Positions 19,826-29,759 of a DNA stretch of 64,000 bases are shown piece by piece. Where the stretch lies: the NCBI GenBank assembly GCA_037441385.1, contig JBBISH010000001.1, positions 64,001 through 128,000 on the forward strand, given 5' to 3'. A program made the translations under genes and the position numbers. Each line of letters starts with the position of its first letter. The stretch's first letter is position 1. The notes beneath the pieces are model-generated. The model did not search any database. It had not been told where the DNA came from and saw only the letters and a program-made list of their open reading frames with translations. This DNA is from Myxococcales bacterium (GTDB lineage: Bacteria; Myxococcota_A; UBA9042).

Positions 19826-22362
19826 AGGTTCGGTTGACATTGCCTGTTCTTGCCGCGCTCGCCGGGCTCGGCATGGCCTGCGGCGGCCAGGGCGATCCGG
19901 AATATTCCAGCGACGGTATCCTGCACAGTGACAGCGGGGCCGCCGAGACCACGGCCGCGTCCATCTTGGAACCCAGCGATGGTATGTGGTTTTCGTTCAC
20001 GCCCGCCACCAGTCGCATCGCGATCCTGCGCGGCCAGACCCAAGTGCTGGCGGTCGCCGATCCAAGCAACCTGGGGCTGGCCGTGCGCATGGCAATGCCC
20101 AAAGTGCAGTTCAAGTTTGGCTCGTTCCTGTTCGACGACAGCGGCGCTGCGCCGTGGCAGGCCGTAACCAAGCTCGAGTTGCAGGGAAGTGCTGAAAACA
20201 TTGCCTGGTTTTCGGCTACCGGCCCTGGCGGCTCGCCGCTGGGCACGCTGCGTTTGACCGTGGAGTCGGCCAGCCAGGCGCGCCTGATCTTCGAGCCGAC
20301 CAGCGACTTCAACCAGACCACGATCGCCTGGAATTGCGAGACCAAAGAGCACTTTGTGGGCTTTGGCGGTCAAGGCTTCGACGTGGACCACCGCGGCCAT
20401 CGCCTGGACCTGTGGGTCAGCGAAGACGGCATCGGCAAGCTCCCAGGCGAAGAGGCGCCGCCGCTGTGGTTCGTCAACGGCAAGCGCGATCAAAGCCACA
20501 CGCCCATGCCGCTTTTCGTGTCCAGCCGCGACTACGGGGCCCTGTTGCGCTCGGACTACCGGGTGCTGGTCGATGTGTGCAAGGCGGATCCCAAGCTGCT
20601 GCGCTGGGAAAACCAAGGCGGCAAGCTCGACGTGACGGTAGTGGCCGCCACCGGGCCGCAAGCGGTCAATAGCAATCTGGCCGGCGTGCTGGGGACACCG
20701 CGGATGCTGCCGGGCTTTGCGCTCATGCCGTGGCTCGACGCGATCTACGGCAACGGCAACGTGCTGCGCGTCGCCAAGAAGCTCAAGGACTTGCAGATCC
20801 CGGCCAGCGCCATCTGGAGCGAGGACTGGCGGGGCGGCACCGCCACCGGCGAGGACTACACCCTGGACGAGGATTGGAAGGCCGACGGCAAGCTCTACCC
20901 AAACATGCCAGATCTTTCTAAACAGTTACACGATCTTGGGTTCAAGTTCTTGACGTACAACAACACGTTTATCACTCAAGATGCAGATATTTGGAAGGAA
21001 TCTACCGACGCCGGCTATGCCATCAAAGATAGCACTGGCAAGCCCTACACGTTCATCGGCGGCAAATTCGTGCCCGCCACCCTGCTCGACCTGGATAACC
21101 CAGATGCGGCCAAGTGGGCCAAGCAGGTCTATGCCACCGGGCTCGAGGCCGGTGCCGACGGCTGGATGGCCGACTTTTGCGAGTGGCTGCCCACCGACGC
21201 GGTGACGGCCGCCGGCTCGGGCTGGAATCGCCACCAGGGCTATCCGGTGCAATACCAGAAGCTCAATCAAGAGTTGCTGGATGCTTGGGCCGCCAAGGAT
21301 GGCCGCGAGCGCGTCACGTTCGTGCGCTCAGCTTGGCTGGGCTCGCAGCCGCTGGTGCAGGTGATGTGGGGCGGCGACCAGCAGACCGACTTCTCGGCCG
21401 GCGACGGCCTGCCCAGCGTCGTGCCGATTGGCCTGGGCCTGGGCGTGGCTGGGTTCCCGTATTTTGGTTCGGATATCGCCGGGTATGCCTCGGCCGGGAC
21501 CGTGCCGACCGACAAGGAGCTGTTCTTCCGCTGGGTACCGCTGGCCGCGCTGACCCCCGTGTTCCGCACCCACCACGGCAAGCTGGCGCAGGCCAACTGG
21601 CAGTGGGAGCACGACGATGAAACCACAGCGCACTTCAAGCGTTGGGCCACGTTGCACACCCAGCTATTCCCCTACCTGTGGATGCTGGCGCAGTCCCCCG
21701 AAGTGGCCATGATGCGGCCGCTGGCCTGGCAATTCCCAGCGTTTGAACCAGGTTGGACGCGCACGGATCAATACATGCTGGGCGACCGTATCGCCGTGGC
21801 ACCGGTCGTGACCAAGGGCGCGCTCAACCGCAAGCTGGATCTGCCGCCGATCCAGTGGTTCCCGCTGCTGCCGCCGTGGGCCAAGCCCGGTACCACCGTG
21901 GCCGAGACGCCGCTACAGGGCGGCACCGACCTGGCCGTGGACGTGTCGCTGACCGAAATTGCCGCCTTTGTGCAGGCGGGTACGCTGCTGCCCCTGCTGC
22001 CCGCGGGGAGCGAAGCGGCGTGGGCCGACAGCTTGGGCCGAATGAGCGCGCCGCAAGCCTGGAAGACCGCGCCCGTGGGCGTAGAGCTGTGGATCTGGCC
22101 GGGGCCCAAGGGCACCCACTCGGCCGCCCAGTACGGCACCGGCGACAGCCAATCCAGCTACCAGTGGGACGGCAGCCAATGGACCGGGGCTTGCAAGTCC
22201 GCGACGTTCAACGGCAAGCCCGCCGCCATCGTCAGCGGCGCCGTGGAACTGCAAGGGGTGGGCACCTTGGTCCTAGACGACACCGGCACACTGCAGATCG
22301 GCGGCGGCGCCAACAACCCCGAGGTGGCCAAGCGCGTGCGCGTCGTCTGCCGGGGCCATTGA
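19822..22362 (+). CDS. Glycoside hydrolase family 31 (YihQ-like) lipoprotein
   Basis: Lipobox GMAC; nucleophile region 'GADGWMADFCEWLP'; 'WGGDQQTDF', 'GSDIAGY', 'FRTHHG', 'DQYMLG'. Confidence 0.9.
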   Translation: MKVRLTLPVLAALAGLGMACGGQGDPEYSSDGILHSDSGAAETTAASILEPSDGMWFSFTPATSRIAILRGQTQVLAVADPSNLGLAVRMAMPKVQFKFGSFLFDDSGAAPWQAVTKLELQGSAENIAWFSATGPGGSPLGTLRLTVESASQARLIFEPTSDFNQTTIAWNCETKEHFVGFGGQGFDVDHRGHRLDLWVSEDGIGKLPGEEAPPLWFVNGKRDQSHTPMPLFVSSRDYGALLRSDYRVLVDVCKADPKLLRWENQGGKLDVTVVAATGPQAVNSNLAGVLGTPRMLPGFALMPWLDAIYGNGNVLRVAKKLKDLQIPASAIWSEDWRGGTATGEDYTLDEDWKADGKLYPNMPDLSKQLHDLGFKFLTYNNTFITQDADIWKESTDAGYAIKDSTGKPYTFIGGKFVPATLLDLDNPDAAKWAKQVYATGLEAGADGWMADFCEWLPTDAVTAAGSGWNRHQGYPVQYQKLNQELLDAWAAKDGRERVTFVRSAWLGSQPLVQVMWGGDQQTDFSAGDGLPSVVPIGLGLGVAGFPYFGSDIAGYASAGTVPTDKELFFRWVPLAALTPVFRTHHGKLAQANWQWEHDDETTAHFKRWATLHTQLFPYLWMLAQSPEVAMMRPLAWQFPAFEPGWTRTDQYMLGDRIAVAPVVTKGALNRKLDLPPIQWFPLLPPWAKPGTTVAETPLQGGTDLAVDVSLTEIAAFVQAGTLLPLLPAGSEAAWADSLGRMSAPQAWKTAPVGVELWIWPGPKGTHSAAQYGTGDSQSSYQWDGSQWTGACKSATFNGKPAAIVSGAVELQGVGTLVLDDTGTLQIGGGANNPEVAKRVRVVCRGH

Positions 22363-23138
22363 CCGTGGCCGATCGCCCGCCCAACCGCATGGACTGGCCA
22401 CCCGGCCATGTGCCGCTCGAGCGCGCCCTCTCCAAGCTGGGCCTGGCCAGCCGCACGCAAGCCCGTGCCTGGATTAGCGAAGGCCGCGTGACCGTTGGCG
22501 GCCTGGTGGTGCGCGACCCGCAGCTGCCCGTGGTGCCCGAGCGGATCCAAGTCCAGATCGATCAGGCGCCGGTAGCACAAAACGCCCTGATCCTGCTGGC
22601 CTATCACAAACCGCGTGGCCTGCTGGTCACCCGCGACGACCCGCAGGGCCGGCCGACCATCTACAGCGAGCTGGGCGAAAAGGTGCACGGCGTGCAGGCC
22701 GTCGGGCGGTTGGATCAGGCGACCAGCGGCCTGCTGCTGCTGACCAACGACACACAACTGGCCAATCTACTTCTGGATCCGCGATCGCGGGTCACGCGGC
22801 GCTACCTGGTCGAAGTGCGCGGTTTGGCGGGCCCCGATCTGCCGGCGCGGCTCGTGCAGGGGGTGATCGACGACGGCGAACGGCTTGCCGCGGACGCCGT
22901 GACGATCAAGAAAGCGTCGCGGCGCGAGAGCCAGTTGCTGCTTGACCTGTGCGAGGGCAAGAATCGCGAGGTGCGGCGCCTGCTTGCGGCGTGTGGGCAC
23001 CCGGTGCAACGCTTGCTGCGGATCGCCTACGGCTCCATCGCGCTGGGCTCGCTGCAGCCGGGCCAGTTGCGGACAGAAGACATCGAGGCGGTCCGAAGCT
23101 GGCTGCAGCAAGAACCCGCAAGTCGGCCTTCAGCCTAG
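22359..23138 (+). CDS. RsuA/RluB-family pseudouridine synthase with an S4 domain
   Basis: 'LERALSKLGLASR', 'YHKPRG', 'VGRLDQATSGLLLLTND', 'EGKNREVRRL'. Confidence 0.92.
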   Translation: MTVADRPPNRMDWPPGHVPLERALSKLGLASRTQARAWISEGRVTVGGLVVRDPQLPVVPERIQVQIDQAPVAQNALILLAYHKPRGLLVTRDDPQGRPTIYSELGEKVHGVQAVGRLDQATSGLLLLTNDTQLANLLLDPRSRVTRRYLVEVRGLAGPDLPARLVQGVIDDGERLAADAVTIKKASRRESQLLLDLCEGKNREVRRLLAACGHPVQRLLRIAYGSIALGSLQPGQLRTEDIEAVRSWLQQEPASRPSA

Positions 23139-24254
23139 TCTTTCCTTCAACCACTCGGCCGCATAGGCCCAAACCTGGGTTGGGGCATGGCGACCGGCCA
23201 TCACCCCCATGTGCCCACCCGGCACCTCGCGGAAGGTCGTGTCGCTCGTCCCCAGCACACCCAGCACCTCGCGCGCAGCCGCAGGTGGGACGATCTTGTC
23301 CGTCTTGCCGGCAAAAGCCAGGACCGGGCAGGTGATGTCGCGCAAATTGGCTGTCTTGTCGCCAAATTGCATGGTGCCCTGCATGAGCTTGTTGTCCTTG
23401 ACAAAGTCGCCCAGCAACTGACGGAACGCGTCGCCGGGATAGTCGACGAAGTGCGAAGTCCAGGCCGTGACCCCGTCAAAACCATTGACGAAATCGTCGT
23501 TCCACAGGTTCAGGAACAGGTCGGTGTAGCGGGTAACCGAGCCAATCGGGTTGGTCATACGGAACGCCGTAGCCGACAGCCCGCCCGGCACGTTGCCCAG
23601 CCGCCGGCTGATGGCGTCGATCTGCGCGTGGCCATGGCGCACGAACACGTTGAGCAGGCTCATCTTTTGCGCGTCGATCGGCGAGCCAATCGTGACGATG
23701 GCGCGCACGCGCGGGTCCTTGTGCACCGCCGTGTGGAACAGCGCGAACAGGCCGCCCTGGCAATAGCCCAGCAACGCCAAGTCGATGGATTGACTGATCT
23801 CCAAGGTGCGGTCGATGGCAAATGGCACCCAGTCCAGCACATAGTCGTCCAGCGTCACGTTCTGGTGCTCCTTGCCGGGCGCGCCAAAATCCAGCAAAAA
23901 CACGTCGAAACCGGCCCGCAAGAAGGTGCGCACCAGGCTGCGGCGCGGCGCCAAGTCGTAGATCCACGGCTGGACCATCAGCGGCGGGATGAGCAGCACC
24001 GGCACGGGCCGGCGCGGAGCCTCGATGCGCACAGTGGTACGGCCAATCTCCAAGTCCTCGTCCTGCAGCAGCGGCCGGTAGTGCCGCAGGGTGACAAGTG
24101 CGCGGCGGCCCACCACGTCGTAGGGCGTGCGGTCGACCACATCGGCGGGATCGCGCTGCAACCATTCGATACCGTTGACGAACCCCGTGGCCGCCCGCAC
24201 GGCAGTCCGCTCGATCTTGGCCAAGCTGCGCCGACCCGAGGGAGTGCGACTCAT
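23130..24254 (-). CDS. PhaC-like (class III PHA synthase-type) alpha/beta hydrolase
   Basis: 'LLIPPLM...IYDLAPRRSLV', Cys lipase box GYCQGG, 'GKTDKIVPP', 'GGHMG'. Confidence 0.75.
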   Translation of the reverse strand: MSRTPSGRRSLAKIERTAVRAATGFVNGIEWLQRDPADVVDRTPYDVVGRRALVTLRHYRPLLQDEDLEIGRTTVRIEAPRRPVPVLLIPPLMVQPWIYDLAPRRSLVRTFLRAGFDVFLLDFGAPGKEHQNVTLDDYVLDWVPFAIDRTLEISQSIDLALLGYCQGGLFALFHTAVHKDPRVRAIVTIGSPIDAQKMSLLNVFVRHGHAQIDAISRRLGNVPGGLSATAFRMTNPIGSVTRYTDLFLNLWNDDFVNGFDGVTAWTSHFVDYPGDAFRQLLGDFVKDNKLMQGTMQFGDKTANLRDITCPVLAFAGKTDKIVPPAAAREVLGVLGTSDTTFREVPGGHMGVMAGRHAPTQVWAYAAEWLKERLG

Positions 24255-24423
24255 GCTGCTTCCTTCCGTGCGACCACAGCGGGTCCGCCCGGCCAGCATA
24301 GCCCGCAGGCGCCCGTGTGTCGAAAACGCGGCAGCGGAATCGCGGGAGTTGCGCTGTCGTCCCGCGCGGTTGTCGCGCAGCACCGAGCAGAGTATCCTGG
24401 CCGAAACGGCGCGAGAGGTGGCG

Positions 24424-24576
24424 ATGCAGTCCAAGAAATTCAAATGGTTGGCATGGTTGACCACCTTGGTTCTGGATGTCGTGCCCCATTGCGGCGGCTA
24501 CCAGCGCCCCATGCCCGTCGAGCGGCCGGCCCAGAGCGAGGCCGGCGCAGACACCACCGGTAGTAGCGCGCGGTGA
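24424..24576 (+). CDS. Possible 50-aa small protein
   Basis: ATG after AGAGGTG. MQSKKFKWLAWLTTLVLDVVPHCGG...; its stop overlaps the next GTG (GTGA). Confidence 0.4.
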   Translation: MQSKKFKWLAWLTTLVLDVVPHCGGYQRPMPVERPAQSEAGADTTGSSAR

Positions 24577-24959
24577 TCGACGGCACCTACCTGTTGTGGT
24601 GGCTGGGCGCCTTTACCGCGACCCAGATCATCGAAGCGCCGATTTACAAGCGATTTTGCCTGCCCGGCGGCTGGTGGCCGGCGCTGCAGCCCAGCGCTAT
24701 CACCCACCCGCTGCTCTGGTTCGTGCTGACGCCGGCGTGGAATCACCTGCGCTGGCCCATCGCCGACCTCATCGGCCGCGGCGCACCAGAGCGACTCGAT
24801 AATCCAGCGACTTGGCTGATGGAGGTCGCCATCACCGTCTTCGAGGGCTGGTGGCTCAAGCGCCTGGGCGGCCGCGACCCGTTTTTGTGGGCGCTGGTGG
24901 GCAACGCCGCCAGCTACGGCTTTGGCGAAGTGCTCTACGCGGTGCTCGGGCTGAACTAG
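24573..24959 (+). CDS. Hypothetical small multi-pass membrane protein
   Basis: 128 aa hydrophobic ORF: 'AFTATQIIEAPIY', 'SAITHPLLWF', 'EVAITVFEGWWL', 'GNAASY'. Confidence 0.7.
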   Translation: MIDGTYLLWWLGAFTATQIIEAPIYKRFCLPGGWWPALQPSAITHPLLWFVLTPAWNHLRWPIADLIGRGAPERLDNPATWLMEVAITVFEGWWLKRLGGRDPFLWALVGNAASYGFGEVLYAVLGLN

Positions 24960-24967
24960 ATGTTTGT

Positions 24968-26065
24968 CTAGTACTGCGACCTTCCCAACAACCTACCGCG
25001 CGCCGCGTGGTCGTGAACCCCTTTGCTCACAGTCAGTTGGCTGCCAGCCGCCCGACCCGCAGCCAGCGCCGACGAGTGCGCCACCCCGGCCCGGCCCGTG
25101 CTCACCAACCGCGGATAGCGCTCGCGGGCATAAGCCGCTAGGCCCGGATCGCCCAGCCACACCAACCCGCGCGCCCGGCTGACGTTGCGTTCGGCGCGGA
25201 GCTTGTCGCGAAAGCCCATGAGTACGCCGGCTTTGAACTCGCGCTTGCTCGACCGATCGCTGGACCACAGGCCCGTCTGCGACCGTTGCCACAACGCTTC
25301 GCACTCGCGGTGCAAGAAATCGTGGACGTAGTGCGCCAGTTCCAGGTTCGTCTCGCTGCCCATGATCTCTAGCTGACGCTGGCTCTGATCGCGGCGCGCG
25401 TCGTAGGTCGAGACCCAGATGCACTCGACAAAGAAGAATTCCGACAAGATCGCCGCCACCAGCTTGGCCGACACGTCAAAGGCGCCAGCGGCCTTGCCCA
25501 ACAGCCGCGCCTGATACAGCTCTTCTCCCTGACGCACGACGTGCTGCAAATTATGCTCTAATAGCAGCTTGTTGGCCGCCGCCATCGCCGCTTCGGCCTC
25601 GTGCACGTTGTCGTTGTTGGCCAGCGCCAGCAGCTTCTGCACGCGCGCCAGGATCTTGCCGGTCTCGGTCGAAGTGGCGCCGTCGCGCGGCGCGGTCGCG
25701 CGGGGCGAGGTCTGCAACCGGCGGCAGGTCTGGGCAAAGGCCGGTCCGTGCGAGGTCTCGTCCGTGATCTTCAGTACTTCTGAGACATACTGATGGGCTA
25801 TCTCGTGCCGCAGCGTCGCCCGCACCTCGTGCCACGGCGCGCGCAGGATGTGCATCTCGCTGATCGACAGGGTCCTTGTGGTTGGCTGCCACTGCCCCAG
25901 GCGCGCTTCGGGACCCACGTCGATGGCAAACACGGGCAATTGCAGGGCTTTGTCCAAGTAGTGATCGTTGGCCGACAGCCACTCGCTCTTGAGACGCCGC
26001 AGCCACGCCGGGTGCAGCTTGGCCCGCACCTCTGGAAAAAGACCTGCAGTTCTGCCCTCAGCCAT
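24968..26065 (-). CDS. SprT-like zinc metallopeptidase domain plus DUF2786 domain protein
   Basis: HExxH 'LRHEIAHQ' and 'HGPAF'; DUF2786 pattern '[13 protein letters not shown]...[18 protein letters not shown]'. Confidence 0.85.
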   Translation of the reverse strand: MAEGRTAGLFPEVRAKLHPAWLRRLKSEWLSANDHYLDKALQLPVFAIDVGPEARLGQWQPTTRTLSISEMHILRAPWHEVRATLRHEIAHQYVSEVLKITDETSHGPAFAQTCRRLQTSPRATAPRDGATSTETGKILARVQKLLALANNDNVHEAEAAMAAANKLLLEHNLQHVVRQGEELYQARLLGKAAGAFDVSAKLVAAILSEFFFVECIWVSTYDARRDQSQRQLEIMGSETNLELAHYVHDFLHRECEALWQRSQTGLWSSDRSSKREFKAGVLMGFRDKLRAERNVSRARGLVWLGDPGLAAYARERYPRLVSTGRAGVAHSSALAAGRAAGSQLTVSKGVHDHAARGRLLGRSQY

Positions 26066-26181
26066 CGCCACCTCGCCCGCGATTTTGCCGGTTGGTCGCC
26101 GCCTATTGCAAGGCCGGACACCCTGCCCTAGGCTTTTGCGTCCCGGCGGCCTGCCCGCTCCTCCGCCGGCAAAGGTCGGGG

Positions 26182-27063
26182 ATGGCAATCAAACCGTTGA
26201 AAAAGCTGCGTCTTCAGGGTTTCAACAACCTGACCAAGACGCTCAGCTTCAACATGTACGACATCTGCTACGCCCGCAGCGAGGCCCACCGCGCGGCCTA
26301 CATCCGCTACATCGACGAGGCGTACAACGCCGAGCGCCTGACGCAGATCCTGCTGAATGTATGTCGCATCATCGGCGCGCATGTGTTGAACATTGCTCGC
26401 GAAGACTACGATCCCCAGGGCGCCAGCGTAACCATGCTGATCGCCGAGGACGAGATCGTCGGCAAGACCCTGTCGCTCGAAGACGTGGACGACGAGACGC
26501 CGGGGCCGCTGCCGGGCGCCATCCCTCTGTCGCAAGTCACGCGCGACGGCGTGGAACTGCCCAAGAAAAAAGAGTCTGTGGTCGCGCACTTGGACAAGTC
26601 GCACATCACCGTGCACACCTATCCAGAGAGCCACCCGGACAACGGCATCGCCACCTTCCGCGCCGACATCGACGTATCGACCTGCGGCCGGATTTCGCCA
26701 TTGCGCGCGCTGAATTACCTGCTGCACAGCTTCGAGAGCGACATCGTCACCATCGACTACCGCGTGCGCGGCTTCACCCGCGACGTCGAGGGCAAGAAGT
26801 TCTTCATCGACCACAAGATCAACTCGATCCAGAACTTCATCACCAAGGAGCAGCGCAACCGCTACCAACTGATCGACGTCAACGTCTACCAAGAAAACAT
26901 CTTCCATACCAAGATGTTGCTGAAGGACTTGGACCTGTCGAACTACGTGTTTGGCAGCGACGTGGACAAGCTGGACGACGCCGAAGCCGCGACCGTGCGC
27001 AAGCGCCTGCACAAAGAGATGCTCGAGATCTTCTACGGCCGGCGACTCAAGAAAGGCGCCTAA
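26182..27063 (+). CDS. speD: S-adenosylmethionine decarboxylase proenzyme (class 1A, E. coli-type)
   Basis: '[19 protein letters not shown]', '[10 protein letters not shown]', self-cleavage site '[14 protein letters not shown]', 'IDVSTCG'. Confidence 0.95.
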   Translation: MAIKPLKKLRLQGFNNLTKTLSFNMYDICYARSEAHRAAYIRYIDEAYNAERLTQILLNVCRIIGAHVLNIAREDYDPQGASVTMLIAEDEIVGKTLSLEDVDDETPGPLPGAIPLSQVTRDGVELPKKKESVVAHLDKSHITVHTYPESHPDNGIATFRADIDVSTCGRISPLRALNYLLHSFESDIVTIDYRVRGFTRDVEGKKFFIDHKINSIQNFITKEQRNRYQLIDVNVYQENIFHTKMLLKDLDLSNYVFGSDVDKLDDAEAATVRKRLHKEMLEIFYGRRLKKGA

Positions 27064-27069
27064 TTCCGG

Positions 27070-27720
27070 TCACTTCTTGTCGCGAATCACCGCACCCAGG
27101 CCGTCCAGCCGCACCAGCGTCATCGCTTCCTTCACGCTGGCCGGGTCGAAGGGCTGCCCCTGCTCTTGCGCTTCGTGTTCTTTGACCTTGATGGTCTGCT
27201 CCAGGGTCAGCGGCATCTTGCGCACCTGACCTTCTGCGACCGCCCACTTGCCGATCGCCGACACCGGGAAGGTCATCAGCCCATCGGTGACCTTGAACTT
27301 CATGGTTTGGCCCGGCTTTTCGCCCTTCATTGCAAACCAGCAGCCGCGCATGCGGCAGACATCTTCAACCTCGCCTTCTACGCGAACCCGCTTGCCCGCG
27401 TAGGCATCGGGATTGGCGAGCAAGGCGTCGATCGACACGGTCTCGGTCAAGGTCACACCTTGGCCAAACTTGTCGCCGGCCAGCGCCAGCTCGGGCCCGT
27501 GTTCAGCGGCCACCTTGGGGTCGATGTTGGTGGCGCAGGCCGGGTTGTCGCCGTGCCCGCAGGCCGGTGCCGCTGTGGTGGTGGCCACGGTCGGGGCGGT
27601 CACCGCGGCTGCGGCAGGCGTTGGTGCACCAGGGGCCAATGCCGGGGCGGCGACGGGCGGCTCGGCCTTGGCGCAGGCGACGGCAGACAAAAGCAGACAC
27701 ACGATGGACAATTTCTTCAT
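27070..27720 (-). CDS. DUF4920-like lipoprotein
   Basis: Lipobox AVAC; 'VRVEGEVEDVCRMRGCWF...FKVTDG..TFP...GKWAVAEG'. Confidence 0.75.
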   Translation of the reverse strand: MKKLSIVCLLLSAVACAKAEPPVAAPALAPGAPTPAAAAVTAPTVATTTAAPACGHGDNPACATNIDPKVAAEHGPELALAGDKFGQGVTLTETVSIDALLANPDAYAGKRVRVEGEVEDVCRMRGCWFAMKGEKPGQTMKFKVTDGLMTFPVSAIGKWAVAEGQVRKMPLTLEQTIKVKEHEAQEQGQPFDPASVKEAMTLVRLDGLGAVIRDKK

Positions 27721-27908
27721 GTAAAGTAGTCCGCGGCGGCTCGCAGGACCGCCCAAAGCGGCCGCAGTGTAGCATTGCCTGCGCCCAGCGGCACGGCGTT
27801 TTCTGGCGCACGAGATCGCGCTAAACAGAGCGGTGAACAATTCCTGCGCGCCGCGCGTCGTGGTATGGTGGCTGTTTCTGGGCGGCATACCTGCCCTTGG
27901 ACCATACG

Positions 27909-29741
27909 ATGCGCGTTTGCCTGGAATGCGGCGCCGAAACCGAAGGGCTGTTCTGCCCGACCGACGGCATGGCCACTATCGTCTCGGGCCGCCAGCCGAC
28001 GAGCACTCAACTCCAGCCCCAGACCATTTTTGCCAATCGTTACCGCATCGTCGGTACGTTGGGTCGCGGCGGCATGGGCGCGGTCTACGACGCCCTGCAT
28101 ACCGGCACCGGCCAGCGCGTGGCGATCAAGACGCTGCTCATCGACGCGGCGCACGAACCCCAGGCCGTCAAACGGTTCTTCTACGAGGCCAAACTAACCG
28201 CCGGACTACAACACCCCAATACTATTCGCGTTTTTGATTTTGGTCAAAGCGACGACGGCATCTACTTCTTGGTGATGGAGCGGCTGCAGGGCGAGACGCT
28301 GGGGGAACGCCTGCAGCGCTACGCCGCGGAAGGGCGCACGATGGCCGAAAGCGAGGCCGCGTCGATCGGCGTGGGCGTCCTGCGCAGCCTGGGCGAAGCA
28401 CATCGGGTCGGCCTGGTCCACCGCGATCTGAAGCCCGGCAACATCTTCTTGCACGACATCGGTGGCGGCGAAACTGTAGTCAAAGTACTGGATTTTGGCA
28501 TTGCCAAGCACGGCGAGTCCAACTTGACGCAGTCGGGCACCAGCTTGGGCACCCCTTCGTACATGAGCCCCGAACAGGTAATGGGTCAGGCGATCGATGG
28601 CCGCAGCGATCTGTATTCGCTGGGCATCGTGCTGTACCAGTGCGTGTCGGGCAAGGTGCCATTCCCGGGCGAGTCGTCGTACACCGTGATGATGAAACAG
28701 GTTCACGACCCGGTGCCGGACCTGAGCGAGCTGGGTGGCACCTCCAAGGGCTTTGCCTTCATCGTCCGCCAAGCCATGGCCAAGAAGGTCGACGACCGAT
28801 TTGCCAGCGCCCAGGCGCTCCGCGAGGCCTTGGAACCGGTGGCGCGCGGCGAAGTGGTCCAGGCGCCGGGCGCCATCGAAGACAAGCCGACGCAAGCCCT
28901 GGCGACCGGTCAACTGCCACAGCCTTCGGCCGCACGGCCCCTGCCTTCGCCCCCTGTGAGCGCGACGCCGGGGCCCAGCAGTCCTTCGGCTGGCCACGTG
29001 CCGCCCCCGCCGCCCCCTTCGGCTGTCCCGCCGCCAGCCATGTCGGCGCCGTCGACCAAGATGGCCGCGCGCAAGCCGGGCGGTCCGGGGCAGCACCCCG
29101 AACCCGCGCCGCCGCGGGCGCAAGGCGACGCCCCGGTGGCGGTGACGGCACCCAAGAAGGCGAACTTCTTGCCGATACTGGTCGTCGGCCTCGCCCTCAT
29201 CGCCATCAGTCTGGCGATCGCCTGGTGGTTGCACGGCGACGGTTCCACTCCGCCCGACGCGGCCAGCGCCGATGCCGGCTCGGCGCCCAGTGCCCACCCC
29301 GACGTTGCCCCGGCAGCGCCGCCCCCAACCCAAGACGTTGCTGCGGCCGTCCCAGCTGCCGATGCCGGTTCGGCCGCCGAGGACGTCGACGTCCAGGTCG
29401 CGCAAGACGCCCAAGACGCCATAGATGCAGGCGAAAGCGTTGACACAGCCGACGCCGCGGACACTGCGGATTCGCCCGACGTGGCCAGCGCCGAAGACGT
29501 GGCGGCGGCGGATACCGCAAAAACCGGCGCTGAATCGGGCCTCCTCCCGCCCGAAGCGGGTGCATCGGCCGGCTCAACAGGCGAACCAGCCGGCGGCGAA
29601 CCGGCCAAACCGGTCAAGAAGAAGCCCGTGGTCCAATGGAAGCATGTCTGGGAGCACAAGGGCTACCGCGCGCCGGGTGACGGCCGGCCCAGCGCACCTG
29701 GGTCGCGCCCCTCGCAGCCAGGCACTCGGCCGTCGCGATAA
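27909..29741 (+). CDS. Hanks-type Ser/Thr protein kinase with an N-terminal CxxC..CPxDG ribbon, a TM helix and a low-complexity tail
   Basis: GRGGMG, VAIK, HRDLKPGN, DFGIAK, GTPSYMSPE, DLYSLG; TM 'FLPILVVGLALIAISLAIAWWL'. Confidence 0.95.
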   Translation: MRVCLECGAETEGLFCPTDGMATIVSGRQPTSTQLQPQTIFANRYRIVGTLGRGGMGAVYDALHTGTGQRVAIKTLLIDAAHEPQAVKRFFYEAKLTAGLQHPNTIRVFDFGQSDDGIYFLVMERLQGETLGERLQRYAAEGRTMAESEAASIGVGVLRSLGEAHRVGLVHRDLKPGNIFLHDIGGGETVVKVLDFGIAKHGESNLTQSGTSLGTPSYMSPEQVMGQAIDGRSDLYSLGIVLYQCVSGKVPFPGESSYTVMMKQVHDPVPDLSELGGTSKGFAFIVRQAMAKKVDDRFASAQALREALEPVARGEVVQAPGAIEDKPTQALATGQLPQPSAARPLPSPPVSATPGPSSPSAGHVPPPPPPSAVPPPAMSAPSTKMAARKPGGPGQHPEPAPPRAQGDAPVAVTAPKKANFLPILVVGLALIAISLAIAWWLHGDGSTPPDAASADAGSAPSAHPDVAPAAPPPTQDVAAAVPAADAGSAAEDVDVQVAQDAQDAIDAGESVDTADAADTADSPDVASAEDVAAADTAKTGAESGLLPPEAGASAGSTGEPAGGEPAKPVKKKPVVQWKHVWEHKGYRAPGDGRPSAPGSRPSQPGTRPSR

Positions 29742-29759
29742 GCCCAGCGACTTTCCGGT

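Noticed and set aside
24955..24972. Short palindrome ACTAGA...TCTAGT
   Set aside because: Explained by two convergent TAG stop codons.
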